From NCBI RefSeq assembly GCF_000143415.4, contig NW_003314429.1, positions 124,001 to 188,000 on the forward strand: 64,000 bases of DNA, written 5' to 3'. The notes beneath the pieces were generated by a model that searched no databases, was not told the DNA's origin, and worked only from the letters and a program-made list of their open reading frames with translations. A program made the position numbers and the translations under genes. This document shows positions 34,748 through 48,906 of the stretch, piece by piece. Each line of letters begins with the position of its first letter. The stretch's first letter is position 1. Source of the stretch: Selaginella moellendorffii (lineage: Eukaryota > Plantae > Lycopodiophyta).

Positions 34748-37700
34748 GAAAATGACAGAGTAATTAAATTAGGTTGTTTCATAATAGACTATTTATATTA
34801 TAATTGTGTATGTGAGAATAACATTGTTGGCAACAAAGTGAGTTGTTACACAATATTCATAAATAAATATATAATAATTAAAAATATTTTTTAAAAATTA
34901 ATTGAAATTTTTATTACAAAATAGTCGTTCAATAACATAATATAATGTCTCATTCTTGACCTGTTTTAATTTTTGAGGATGCTATGTGTCATTAGAAACC
35001 CCATAAATTCCATCTATAATAACCAAATATTAAATAAAATTTACAAACCCAAACATATCCCCATTTATAATATCATTAATATAAAATAATTATTGAAAAA
35101 AAGTATAAATTAAAAAAGTTACAAGAAAAATTACTTATAAAATGACCTATAGGACAATTTTCTTTGCTAGATATATTTTAACTAATTTATTTATTTATAA
35201 AAGTTTTACAAATAATGTTCAATAATAAATTTATTAAGAAATATAATTATTGGTAGAATATATATATTATATATATAATATATATAACTATTATGGTTTA
35301 ATATAATTTTTTAAAAGTATTCTAGAAAATCTTCAATCATTTTTAAAATGTGTAACACTTATTAACTATAAGGAACATATAATACTCTTATACTTACTTT
35401 CTTAACACTATATTTAATTTATCTTCCCACTAGCATGAAACTAATTCTATATCTATTAATGTTGGGAAAACTAAGTTTTACATGTTTAATTATAAAAATA
35501 GAACTGAATATATTTAAATAAAATTCATTGTGAAATTTAGTTTTAATTGATTTCAATTTAGTTTTCCCAGAATTTTACATTTTATATATGAAATTAAATG
35601 GCACTTTTATACTTTAATTACATTGAAAAATTTACAATTAAAAACTTTTTAATATATTTAGATAAAAAATTTTATGAATAGTTGATTGAACAAAGTAAAT
35701 TAATAGTAAATATTTTGTGAATTTTTTTAATTAAATTTACTTTTAGTTATTTTATTAGTATAATTCTTCTTTTGTCAACTATTGGAAAAAAGATGAACTA
35801 AAAAGTACTTTCTAATTATGTTTTAAATATATTTTATATTTAGTTATTTTTGTAAAATTCTAATTCTTCAAAATCTTAGCTCTAGATCTAATAACAATGC
35901 AAGTACAATAAGTTAATTATCCTTTTGGAAAAGAACTAAGCTATATTAATTTAAATTATTATATCTTAAAAAATAACAAGTAATTAGCACTTTCTCTTTT
36001 TGACCCAAAATAAATAGAAATTTTAAAACATATTGTCAACATTCCAAGAAGAAGGAAATATGGTTATGAAAAAAAATGAAAAAAGGATAACTGAATTTAT
36101 CCTCTATTTTTTATGTGAAAAAAAAGTTTGCACTATATATGATATCAAAGTTAATAGATGGGTTTTATTTGAGAAAAAAAAACTCCCAAGCATACATCCA
36201 AGAAGTAAAAATATAGGAGCATGAAGTGACAATAAAATAATTCTAAAGCATCTAACATCCCACTAATATATAAACCAAAGTTAAATATAATTTAGTGCTA
36301 TTTCAACATACATAATGTAAATATATAAATATTCCACCAACTAATATGGTATGGAGGTTAGGTTTATACCTAAGCTGAATATAAAACAAATATAAACATC
36401 CCTAACAAGAAGCTAAACAATATTTCTAAACCCGATTTATCCCCTTATATGAAAGCATGCTTTGAGCCCAGTTCTAAGAGTGAGTCTCCAAGATAATTAT
36501 GAAATGTTACTAAATATAGATTGGTGTTAGATTATGAATCTAAAAATAATATCATCATGTTCAAAAAAATCTTTATATTCCATAGATATGCCTTATGAGT
36601 AAATTTAGACACTATCTATAAATATTCAATAGGATTAAAATAAGATTAGCATATAGCAAGAGTCTCTTAGTAGATATAGTAAGTTATTATGTAGTGATAT
36701 TAAGGTACTAAAGCTCAATATGCAAGAGTTTTTATCATTAATTAATGAAAGATATAACAAAATAGAAATTCTTTATTAGGTTATGTTTATTTACGTAATA
36801 ACACAAAAAAATTCTATCTATATACTCGTCCAGTTTAAATACACTTGAAATGCCAGTTAACTCCACTAGCACAAAAGGGATTAATAAAGGGTTTAACATT
36901 ACCAATCCCCTGCCTAAAGAAGAATATTTGGAATGACTTGTTAACAAAATTTTTTTGATACCCATAATTTTATTTACGACAATTAAAGTTTTTAAGATAT
37001 ATGTAAAGAGTTTACAATAGCCTTCAAAAAATATAACAATGAATAAGTAGTCAAGAAAATTTCTCACTAATATGAGAATCTATTTAAAGCACTATTGAAT
37101 TAGATATCACTTATCACAATATAGTCAAAAGGACCTTCAACTATTATAAATATACATTTGTTGTTAGAGAGAGTTACATGTATTTTACCACAAAAATTAT
37201 AAAAGTACTTACCCAACAAGATATATCACTAATTGATTGTCATGCTGCTGTATCCTTTAGAGTTGCAAGATCTATTATACTTTTAAGACCATAAATTTAA
37301 AACGTATATTAATTAATATTAATTATATTAAAGCATATCCAAAAAGTATAGCTTATCAAGCAAACCATCATAATATAAATTCTAGTAATTTCTCCACAAG
37401 ATAGATGCTGTGCAAATAATGTGCTATATTATAGTTAAATATATTATCTTTAAGGTTAGTTTATGAAATGATTATTGCAGTTGAGTTGGATTCAAGTGGT
37501 CATTTAGTTCATGCTTATCCATGAACCTTTATCTTATATCTGGGGTATTACATTCATATTGGATAAGTATATGACTCGATGGCATATTTGAGGTCTATCT
37601 GGTATGATTTGTGTTGTGCAATTTTCTAATTTTTCTTTTCCTTTTGCTTTTATGGTGAAGGGTGGACAATTCTCTGCATCATGTAAAAATGTAAGGCTGT

Positions 37701-38062
37701 GGTATAAAGCAGAATTATGGGCAGATTGTCCTCCTAGCAAAAAATCAAGTTTCATAATTTTAAATGATCATATCTCAAATGGTAATGGACAATTGAAACC
37801 TGGGGCTGGTTATTTTTTCTAGATGTAGACTCTTCAGGCTAATAGTAATGGATATCATTTTATCAAATGTAAAACAACAGTAGTAGTACTACTGACCCAA
37901 AATGAACAACAGGACTTGGAGCATACTGTGAGAATTTTAAGAAGAAAGAAGAGTGGTTAACTATAAATCTTGATGAGTTCATTGAAAATAATCAGGGTAA
38001 ATTAAAGTGGGTGGTTGTATAATTACATAATATTTTAATTTGTTTTTTATGTTTCTAGGAGA

Positions 38063-38335
38063 TTAGATGGTGGTGCATGCCAGAACGTTGGTGGAGTCTG
38101 TCTGCTGGCAGCAAACAGGAGTCCCTCCGCACTCGCTACCCACATTTACCGCACAATTTGCAGCATTGACAGTCACAAGTGTACCAGGAGGTGCAGCAGG
38201 GAAATTCGAGCAGCAGTAAGAAGTGGAATCATTTCCACAAGTTTGGTTGCCCTGTCCCAAGGCAGGATTGAGAAAGAGAGCAGCACTCAGGGCCAAGAAT
38301 GTGGCAATAAGCTTAATTGAAGAAGAAGAAGCCAT
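38063..38335 (-). CDS. Hydrophobin-like gene A, copy 2
   Basis: The protein is identical to that of 10244-10516. Confidence 0.8.
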   Translation of the reverse strand: MASSSSIKLIATFLALSAALFLNPALGQGNQTCGNDSTSYCCSNFPAAPPGTLVTVNAANCAVNVGSECGGTPVCCQQTDSTNVLACTTI

Positions 38336-38907
38336 GGTTGTAAGAGCAGCTGAATGAGAATGGGTTTGTCTCTTTGGACGCTTAGAATTTATTGAGTTAA
38401 GATTGTCCTTCTTCGAGGGTGTAAGTTGTATGATCGTCCTTTTGTTCATTCATGCAATTAACTAGAGATTCCCTAAACCTGATACACACGAAGCTCATGT
38501 GAGAGCTCCTAAAGTGGACCTTATACTGCCAACTTAATTATCTTCCAAGAACATTTGTAACTAATACAGCTAGTTTTGAAGCTTATAGAAAAGACTCAAC
38601 TGTCAGTCAAGAAGGCCACATCTACCAAAAAATGTCAACAGGACGCCACAAAGAACTTAACTGGCCTATAGGGGTCAGCAGGACAATGTCTTTAAATTAC
38701 AGCTCTGGATTCCGAGAGCTCAAAGCACCATCGAAACACAAGGTAACAATCCCAGCTCCTAGGGGAACCTAGAAAGAACAACCCAACAACTATCACCACC
38801 CAATCATAGGAGTCTTAATGGAATTTGAAGAGTCAGTGAAGGGAATTCAGCAATTTTGTGGTTTTCTTTTCTCATGGGAACCTCCTTCTGGTTTTTGTTT
38901 AGAGCAT

Positions 38908-40728
38908 TGGAGAAGGGAGAAAAGACAAGTTCGGGGACTCAAGCTTAGGAAAGTAAACTTGAGAGGTTCAAGGTTAGGACTGTATTCCTAACCTTGACGT
39001 GAGCAGTAGCGACTATAAAAGTAGGACTTAGAATGTTTTTAGATGGATCCCTAATACAAAATACATTGCAATACATCGTCATTCTACCTATCTCTTCGGC
39101 CCTTCACAACAATGACTTACTTACCCACCGCCTTCAAGGGATCAAAGGCGTGGGACTAGCACCTTCAAGCACGTTCATAGTCTCTACTTGGTTTGGCACA
39201 AGCAGGTAAGTGCACTCTTCTTGTAGTGTAGTTTTAGTTTTAGGGACTAGATTAGAATTGAATCTCCTAAGAAGATCTCGTGTGGACGTTTCCTCCCAGT
39301 CCAGAGATTCCAGGAGTTTTCACTGGTGACCACGGTGGGATACGGTGATGTGAAGAGCTCATGGAATAGAGCAGACCAAAACGCTCATTTTCCCCAAAAC
39401 TTCAAGGAAAACGGACCAGAGATTCCAGGAGTTTTCACTGGCGACCACGGTGGGATAAGATAATTCAAGCTGAATTGCAAGCACAAGATCCAGAAACAAT
39501 CAAAGAACACGACAAACAATCAAACAATCAAGAAACAAGAAGTTTTACCCAAGAGGAGCTGGCACCTGTTCAGCAGAAAGAAAAGTTTCATGTGGAAGAG
39601 CAAGCTGAAGCAAGGTTGAAGCAAAACCTGGTGGAAGATGAACAGCCTGATCAGATTGAGCAACCAGTAGAAGAAGACGAAGACCTACAGTGGATAAAGG
39701 AGTTTCAGACGCAGGAACTTGAGGTGGTGCTTCCGAAGTTTTATGAGCAGACGGAGCAGAAGAAAAATTCAGTGCCAAAGTTTGACGTGGAACAAGCAGC
39801 AGCTGGTCAAGCTGGCTTGGAGCAGAAAGCTGTTGTGAAGAAGAAAGAAGAAGATGTTAGACAACAAAGAGGTGTAGAAGTTCAGAACCTTGTGGAGCAG
39901 CCATCAAGAGGAGCCGTATACCCAGGCCAAAGTTTGAACTTGAAGGTGGCTGGTGTGAAGTTGGTGAAGAGACGAGGAAGTGTGTTTCTCAGGTTCTGGT
40001 GGGACAGAGGCAAGCTGGTTTCATCCTTTGTAGCTCTGTAGGAGTAGAGGAAGTAAGTAGTAAAGCAGCAAAACTGAAAGCCGTCCAGGAGAAGTCGTGG
40101 CTGTTTCAAGTCGGATGTTTAAAGTTTTGAGAAGAGGTGTTTGTGCAACTGATCTCGGGAAGAAGCTGGTCAAATTCAGATCACAAGACTTTGAGGAAGC
40201 AGCTCAGACTTATGACGAGGAGGAAGAGGAGGAAGAACCGCATGAGGGAACTACCCACGATGCAGCGATGGAGTAGTGACTGCGGGACGCAGCACAAGGC
40301 AGTCGTGGGAGAGTGGAGAAGGGAGAAAAGACAAGTTCGGGGACTCAAGCTTAGGAAAGTAAACTTGAGAGGTTCAAGGTTAGGACTGTATTCCTAACCT
40401 TGACGTGAGCAGTAGCGACTATAAAAGTAGGACTTAGAATGTTTTTAGATGGATCCCTAATACAAAATACATTGCAATACATCGTCTTTCTGCCTATCTC
40501 TTCGACTCTTCACAGCAATGTCTTACTTACCCACCGCCTTCAAGGGATCAAAGGCGTGGGACTAGCACCTTCAAGCACGTTCATAGTCTCTACTTGGTTT
40601 GGCACAAGCAGGTAAGTGCACTCTTCTTGTAGTGTAGTTTTAGTTTTAGGGACTAGATTAGAATTGAATCTCCTAGGAAGATCTCGTGTGGACGTTTCCT
40701 CCCAGTCCAGAGATTCCAGGAGTTTTCA
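38908..40728 (+). mobile_element. Non-autonomous LTR retroelement (large TRIM-like), 1.8 kb
   Basis: 415-bp TG...CA LTRs at 38908-39322 and 40314-40728, a 5-bp TSD AGCAT, a PBS TGG(T/C)GACCACGGTGGGA (tRNA-Arg-like) and a purine tract before the 3' LTR. The internal region has no pol. Confidence 0.92.
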
Positions 40729-40842
40729 AGCATGATCTCTAGAAAACGAGTGAAGTGCCAGCCAGCGAGAAATGCAGCTGGACACGAATCAACCTCCATT
40801 TTTGAGCCTGATATAATAGTATAGTGTTCTATATAATATTAG

Positions 40843-40908
40843 ACATACATACATACATACATACATATACATATATACATATACATATACATACATACAT
40901 ATATATAT
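40843..40908. repeat. (CATA)n/(TA)n microsatellite
   Basis: Direct reading of the sequence. Confidence 0.9.
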
Positions 40909-41044
40909 CATTTATATCAATATTATTTAAAATATTTATAAAACACTAATTAAATTTGTCCTATGTTTTAAAACTTTTATCAATGGGAATAAACTAGATT
41001 TTCCTATTCCATTTAAATTTCTAAAATTCTCTAATGTGGTTAAA

Positions 41045-44000
41045 GTGAGTGCATGGAATATGGAAAGGGAATACAGAAATGTGCATATCAATTAGCCCAA
41101 AAACCCTAGCTTATATACAAGAGCGAGTGGTCCGGATTGAAACCAATCCGACGGCTACCAAAATCCACTACGCTAATATTAGTATACGGCATCGTAGCCG
41201 TACACTTGGCCCTCACATCATCCCCTCCTCTCGGAATAATGGAAGGCCGTCAGGGTTCTCTTGTAGATGGGCCGGGATCTGGAGGAACGTCAGGAGGAGG
41301 CATTGGTGGATCTGTAGACGGTATTAACTGCTCCTGATCCCTTTGTATGAAGCGTTTTAACCGCTGCACATGCACAATCTCCGGAGGATCGGCCTGCTGA
41401 ACGTCATGCCGAACCTCATAAACTTGTGGTCCAACTTGCCGCAACACTCGATACGGTCCTTTCCACTGCGCAAGGAGCCCCTTAGATAAACCACGTACCG
41501 TAAGATGGGGAAAACGGACTAATACCAAATCATCCACTTTGTACTCCGCAGGTGGACGATGATGGGAATTGTAGCGCCGTTGTTGTCCCACTTGTACGCG
41601 GCCTAAGTGTTCAGCAGACTCTGCTCGGACAAGTGGAAGAATGCTTGTCAAATATTGATCCCATGACCTAGCATCAGGAGCTCGTGGCAATCGCGAAGGT
41701 AAACCCAGCTCTGTTGGTAATATTGGATCATGACCATATAGAAGTTTATATGGTGAAGCACCAACAGAACTCTGCACCCCTGTGACATAGGCATACCGAA
41801 GAGACGGCAAATAACCATCCCAATCCGAATGTTGAAAGTTCACATACTTCGCAATCATCCCTTTGAATGTCCGAACGAGCCGTTCCACCAGACCGTCTGA
41901 TTGTGGATGATAAGCACTCGTAAAAGTGTGGCGTATCCCCAACCGAGATGTCAAAACATGAAATACCTCAGCCATAAATGCAGGACCATTATCCGAAAGA
42001 ATCCGCTCTGGACAAGAATGCTGGAACACCACTCGATTGAGGAGGAAGTATCCAACAGCAGTTGCAGAGGCACTAGCAAGAGCACCAACTTCCACCCAAT
42101 GAGTCAAGTAGTCAAAAGCAATAATAACATACTCATTGCCAGCAGTCGATCGCGGAAAAGGTCCCATAAGATCAAACGCCACCAACTCAAACGGACGAGA
42201 AACTGCAATTGACTCCAACCGTCCTTCCGCAGCACAAGGGGGAGTATTACGAGCTTGGCACCAAACGCAGCTATGCACATACCGGATAATATCACGTCGC
42301 ATCTCTGGCCAATAGAAAGATCTGCGCAGCTTCTCGGTGACACGACGGTGTCCCATATGCCCACCTAGAATAGGAGAATCATGGTAGGCATGGAGAAACC
42401 GCGGAATAAACACCGAAGGCACCACCAGCCGTAAATGATCAGCAGGATCCGTCCCCACAAAATAAAGAAGGCCATCTTCAAGGCAATATTGAGAATGTAA
42501 ATGCCGAAAAGGCAAGTCATCAGCAAGTGATGCAGGATTCTCAAACCCATCTTGAAGCCTTCGAATCCACGGCTCAATCTTTTGAGCCTCGCGAACCTCA
42601 TCAAGAGAAGGTAGATCTTGCTCTACGCCCTGTGGACACTGAACGTCAAGGACAGCAACCGCCGACGGCACAGAATCCTCATCTAGAAAATCCACAGATG
42701 CTGGAACAACAGGTTCGTCAAAAACATGAGAAGTGAGTGGAGAAGGAAGAGGAGCTCGAGAAAGGGCATCAGCATCAGCCATAGAACTCCCTGGGCGATG
42801 AACAACATCGAAATCATATATCTGAAGCTTCAAAGCCCATCGAGCCGTACGACCAACCAGGTTCTTCCGCTTCAATAATGAAGTAACAGCAGCATGGTCA
42901 CCTTCAAGTAACGTCCGAGAACCATGTAGATATGCATGAAGTTTCTCGAAACCCCAGACTGCTGCTAAACACTCCTTCTCCGTCGTGGAGTAGTTCATCT
43001 CCGCTGGTTGTAATGTACGGCTGATGTATGCAATGGGATGGCGTTGACCAGGCACACTCGAGCTCTCTTGCATCAACACACCTCCAAGACCAATGTCAGA
43101 AGCATCCACGCGCAAAATAAAAAGGTCGAGTGTAGTTAGGATATGCCAAAATCGGAGGAGTCGTCAATAGCTCTTTGAGATTCACGAACGCCCGCTCACA
43201 ATCGGGAGACCAGATGAAAGATGACGTTGATGACTTCAGCAACGCTCGCAATGGTGTAGTGCGATCGGAAAGATGATCCACAAAACGACCGAGATACTGC
43301 ACCTTACCCAAAAAGCGCTGCACATCATTCACACACTTTGGAGTAGGGAACTTTAGAACAGCCACAAGTTTGTCAGGATCAACTTGCAAACCCTCACGAG
43401 AAATACGGTACCCAAGATAAGTTGTGTCCTTGGACCCAAACACGCACTTCGACTGCTTCAGCTTTAAACCAACGTCGCGTAGCCGATCCAACACTTTACA
43501 AACATCACGAACATGCTCCTCCCACGTCCCCTCCGAGTGGATCAAGACATCATCAATGAAGTTAGCCGTCACCTCCGGCATATCGCAAAGAACCTCGTCT
43601 ATCATCCGCTGAAAAGTTGCTGGAGCATTGTTCAAACCAAACGGCATCACCAAAAACTCGTACAAACCAAATGGTGTACGAAAAGCAGTCTTAGGAATAT
43701 CTTCGTCAGCCATCGGTACTTGCCAATACCCAGAAGCAAGATCTAGCTTGGTGAACCAACGACTTTGCCCCAGACGATCCAAGAGATCAGCAGTGTGAGG
43801 AAGAGGGTACACGTCCGGGATCGTCACTTCATTTAACGGACGATAGTCGATGCAGAAACGAATACTCCCATCAGGCTTCGTCACAAGATGAGGTTCACAT
43901 GCCCAAGGACTCCGCGACTTCCGAATAACACCCTTCTCCAACATCTCCTTGACGTTTGCACGTAAAATCTTGATCTCCTTGGGTGACCGACGACGAACAG

Positions 44001-46053
44001 GAACCTTGATTGGACGAGCATCCCCAGTTGGAACGGGATGACGTGTGGCAATCTTGGCCCCAGACGATAGGTCAAACTCAAAGAGATCAGAATACTCCTT
44101 CATGAGCTGGTCAACAGCTGCAACACAAAGATCATCGGAGGGATCGGAAAAGGGAAGAGCAGAACAAGATGGAAACACAAGAGGAAATAGTGGGGGAACA
44201 AAAGTAATGGAAGCAGAGGTAGAAGTAGAGGGACGAAGAGGTACGGAAGTGAGAGGAATGGATGAAACATAAGGAAGTATGAGACAAGGGGGAGAAGCCT
44301 CAAAGTCACACTTGGCATGATTGTGTTGCAACCAATCCATACCAAGAATGAGGTCAAAAGCTTGACTCGGCACCACCCGCAACGACTGCAACTCAAGCTC
44401 GAGATCGCCCACACGCACAACCAGGTCTGCCTCATCTCATGCACATGCATGTGTACGGCCGTTGCCATAAAGAATGAAAACTGGATCCGCCGCACGACGC
44501 AAGTGTAGACGACAATGTGTGGCAACAGGTCGAGCAATAGAAGATAAACTCAAACCTGTATCAACCAACATGGAGAGAAGAATAGAAGACCTCTTGTTAT
44601 AAAAACGAGCTTGGAAAGTAAACACTGGATGAACCGGTGCCGAGTGAACCCCTTGATGATACTCCCGAAAGAAAGATGGAGGGGTCACTAACTTATTCGC
44701 GCAAGGTCCCTCCATTACTCGCGCGACTCCTCGTTTCCCGAATGCACCTCGGGATCCAAACCTTCCACCGCAGCAGCACCAACGGGACGTTGCTGACGCC
44801 AAGGTCTCCACCCAGGAAATGGAGGTCGCCAATCCGGAAAGCGCCGACAACGCCGATAAGTATGACCAACTTCATCACACGCCCAGCAACGAACGTCACG
44901 GCCACGACCACGTCCTCGCCCTTGTCCTTGGACTCGAGTAGCAGCAGCATCAACCTCCATGGGAACAGGACCATCACTCATAGGAAGCGGAGCTGAAGGA
45001 CGTGTAGCAAGAAGTGGAAGAGGCGACGTCTCATAACGTTGTGCCAAGTGAAGAGCATCGTCAAGAGTGGCAGGAGCAAGTGCATGCACAAGTCCGACAA
45101 GATCTTGACGAAGTGCTGGCCACAGCATTCCTAGCTTGATCCGCTCTGACATATTTGGCTCCGCACGAAGCAAAAGACTTCGGAAACGAACGCCAAATTG
45201 CATCACCGACTCAGATGGCTCTTGGCGAAGACGATGCAATTGTTGGAAGGCATCATCACAATCGTCGGCGTGTCCGAAGGCGCGTTTGAAGACGTCCGGA
45301 AGAACACTCCAATCACCACGAGTAGCTGCGCTCAATCCATTGTACCACTGCAATGCCGTCCCTTGGAGACATGTGGGGAACTCACGCAAACGTCGAGTAT
45401 CATCCCAAGAATGATATGTGGCAATCACCGTGAAGTGATCGAATCAATGGTACACATCATCCCCAGGATTCCCACGAAAGAACTCCGGCCGAACGCGAGG
45501 ATTGGCACCAAAAGCAGGAGGAGTTGTACCATGTGCCGTGAACGCCGCCATCAACTGAGTTTGGTTGTTCAATTACAAGCGCATAGCATCAAGCAATTGA
45601 ACCAACTACTGCTCTAGAGTCAAAGGAGGAGATTGCGGATCGGCCATGAAAATGAATGAAAAAGAAAGAGCAAAAGAAGAGAAATGACAAAAAGCTGGAA
45701 AGAAATGGTAGATCTAGACAATGCAAAAAGCTAGATCTAAACCAAAATCCTAAAAGGAAAAAACAAAAGAAAGGAAATGGAAAAAGCTAGATCTAGACAA
45801 TGCAAAAGCTAGATCTAAACCGAAATCCCAAATCCAAGCACTCCCAGGGACAATCAAAGGTGCCCCTCACCTCCACCAATGTGAGTGCATGGAATATGGA
45901 AAGGGAATACAAAAATGTGCATATCAATTAGCCCAAAAACCCTAGCTTATATACAGAAGCGAGTGGTCCGGATTGAAACCAATCCGACGGCTACCAAAAT
46001 CCACTACGCTAATATTAGTATATGGCATCGTAGCTATACACTTGGCCCTCACA
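41045..46053 (-). mobile_element. Full-length Ty3/gypsy LTR retrotransposon (element 2), same family as element 1
   Basis: LTRs at 41045-41217 (terminal T missing) and 45880-46053, PBS at 45868-45878, gag at about 44715-45647. pol (41250-44715) has a stop at 44437 and a frameshift near 43115. Confidence 0.96.
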
Positions 46054-46241
46054 AATGGGAATAAACTAGATTTTCCTATTCCATTTAAATTTCTAAAATT
46101 CTCTAATGTGGTTAAAGTATAAATGTTGATGACTTCATTCAAAACGTTTTAACTATGCGTGTTTATAGGACTAGGGTTACAGAGCGATGGAGAAAGGTAT
46201 GGGATTAGCGGGCCTAGCTCTTGCACATTCCCTCCCATGTC

Positions 46242-48622
46242 ATGGCTGTGGTGCCGGCGGCTCGCAATTCGCCGTTTTTCTCGAGAGAAAGCCACCGGGC
46301 GAGAGGCTATGGCGCTTCGAGCACCAGCGACGAAGGAATGCACGGAAGGACTTTCACAAAAACAAGCAGCAGTGGCTCAGAGGATCAAAAAATTCTCAGC
46401 TGGAACAAGATCAAACAAGAGGAGGACAAGAGGAAAAAGGAGATGGTGCTGGAGCTCATTGCTGCATTGAAGGCGGCGAGCGGCTCAAGAGCGATCGAGA
46501 GGGGAAGGCAGCTCCATGCCGCAGCGGTTGAGAGTGGCAACGGTTCCAACTTCTACGTTGCGAGCTCTCTCGTGAGCATGTACGCGAGATGTGGCTGCAT
46601 GGGCGAGGCTCGCTCGGTGTTTGATGCCAACCACGATGTGGTTCTCTGGACAGCGCTCATGCTCGGCTACTCCAAGAACGGCCAGGGAGAAGTGACTTTG
46701 GAGCTCTTCTCGCGGATGCTGCTCGTCGCAGGCCGAATTCTCAGACGTTTCTGGCTGTGCTCAAGGGCCTTTCGCGCTTGGCTGCCAGGGAGGAAGGCAG
46801 GAGATTCGGTGGAAAGGTGGTGAAGACAAGGACTCTGGAAAGAGTCATGGCTGTCCACTTGCAAGCCGAGGGATTTGGATACGAGCTGGATAACTTTGTG
46901 GCGAGCTCGCTGGTGGACATTTATGCCAGGTGTGGGAGCATGAGGGATGCTCGCAGAGTTTTCGATCGAATGCCGAGCCACAACTTGGTGGTCTGGACGG
47001 CATTGATCCTGGGCTATGCTACGAACGGGGAGAATGAGGTTGGCCTCAGGCTCTTCGCTCGGATGCTTGGCGAAGAAGAAGGACGCAGGACAGATTCGCA
47101 GGCTTTTGTTGCTGCGCTCAAAGCTTGCACGGGGCTGACGGACAGAGAGGTGGCAAACGACTCAGGTGTAAAGATCCAGTGCTTGGAGAAAGGCATGGCT
47201 GTGCATCGTGAAGCTGCCAAGAGTGGAGTTGCAACGGAGATGTTCGTGGGAAGTGTCCTGGTGGATACATACGCGAAGTGCGGAAGCATGGAGGACTCCC
47301 GCATCGTGTTTGAGAAGATGGTGGCTCAGGACGTGGTCTCGTGGACCGCTCTCCTGTCACAGAATGGCGAGAGCGAGCTGACCCTTCGGATGTTTGAGAG
47401 AATGAAAGCCTCGGGATGTGCACCGAATGCTCAGACGTTCGTGGCAGTTCTTCACGCGTGCACGAACTTGGCTCTGCGAGAGGACAGCATTGAAGAGGAC
47501 GGCAAAGTTCTCAAGGTGAAAGCTCTGGAGAAAGGCATGGCTGTTCATCGGGAAGCGTTCAAGGCCGGGTTTGAGCCGGACATCTGTGTGAGCAGCACGC
47601 TGGTGGATATGTACTCCAAGTGCGGCAGCGTCCTCCAGGCTCGCCGGGTGTTTGACAGGATGAAGCGCCACGATGTGGTGTCATGGACAGCGCTCATACT
47701 CGGCTGTGCTCAAAACGACGAGGGAGATATGGCACTGGAGCTCTTCACAAAGATGAGGCTTGAAGAGAAACGTTGCCAGCCCGACGATCAGACGTTCGTT
47801 GCCGTGCTGAAGGCCTGCTCCACAGTTGCATCGCTCGAGTTTGGAAAGAAGATCCATGCAGATATATGCCGGTGTGGACTCGAGGCTGGCAGGCTTGTCA
47901 CGAACTCGGTGGTGGATTTCTACGGCAAGTGCGGGAGCATGGTCGTGGCTCACCAGGTTTTCGATTCCGCTAGAACAAGAGCCCGGGATATAATCTCGTG
48001 GAACTCGCTCATCACAGGCTACAGCCGCCACGGTGAAACCGACGCCGTCCTCGAGCTCTTTGCAAGGATGGTGGAAGAAGGCTTCCAACCGGATGGCATC
48101 ACCACACTGGCGGTCTTGAACGCGTGCTGCCATGCCGGGCTGGTTGAAAGAGGGAGGAAGCTCTTCCAGGAGATGTGCTCCCGGAAGGCTGCAAGCGTGA
48201 CTATGGAGCACTACCACGTCATGGTGGACATGCTAGGCCGGGCAAACAAACTCCAGGAGGCGGTGGAGATGGCGGACTCGATGCCTTTCGCAGCGAATGT
48301 GGTGACTTGGACCATCGTGCTGAGCTCGTGTCACAAGTGGAAGAGCTTGGAATTTGGAAGGCTGGCGTTTGAGGCACTGGTGAAGCTGGATGAGAAGCAG
48401 GCTGCTACTTACGTTCTCATGGCCAACATCTATGGAAGCTTGGGCATGGTTGAGGAGAAAGCTAGAGTTCATGCGATGAGCAGGAAGATTGGCGCGTGGA
48501 AGAAGCCCGGATCAAAGCTATCCAGTGGTCAAATCAGTCTCGATTCGTTTGTCAATTGTGGTGATCATCCTCAAAAGGAAGATTCCCAAGAAAAACTTAT
48601 GACTGACAGACTTGTAAATTAA
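46242..48622 (+). pseudogene. PLS-class PPR gene, copy 2, frameshifted
   Basis: Near-identical to 17145-19529, but a 1-nt deletion at about 46730 (GTCGCAGGCC vs GTCGCAAGGCC) splits it into two ORFs. Confidence 0.85.
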
Positions 48623-48906
48623 AAAGTCCTTGGCAACTGGCCATTTTGTGACACTCACACTCAAGCATCACCTTCAAACCTCTCATGCTTGCAGTGAAGC
48701 TTTGGAAGTAAACGATTGAAATGAGCTGGAACACTTCAACAAATGGAACACTGTCAGTCAAGTTGAGCTCGCGGATGGCATGACCAAATGGCGTGCATTC
48801 ATGAATCAGCTAAAGCTGCAAAGGTGACAATGTTGAAGAAGTCATCTGATCATACAAGCCAGCCCTTATTTAAAGACCCTCTTAACTCCAGGAAAGGAAC
48901 AGTGAA

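Noticed and set aside
34750-37300. AT-rich region as a Helitron or MITE
   Set aside because: I could not identify convincing terminal repeats, a TSD or a 3' hairpin-CTRR end.
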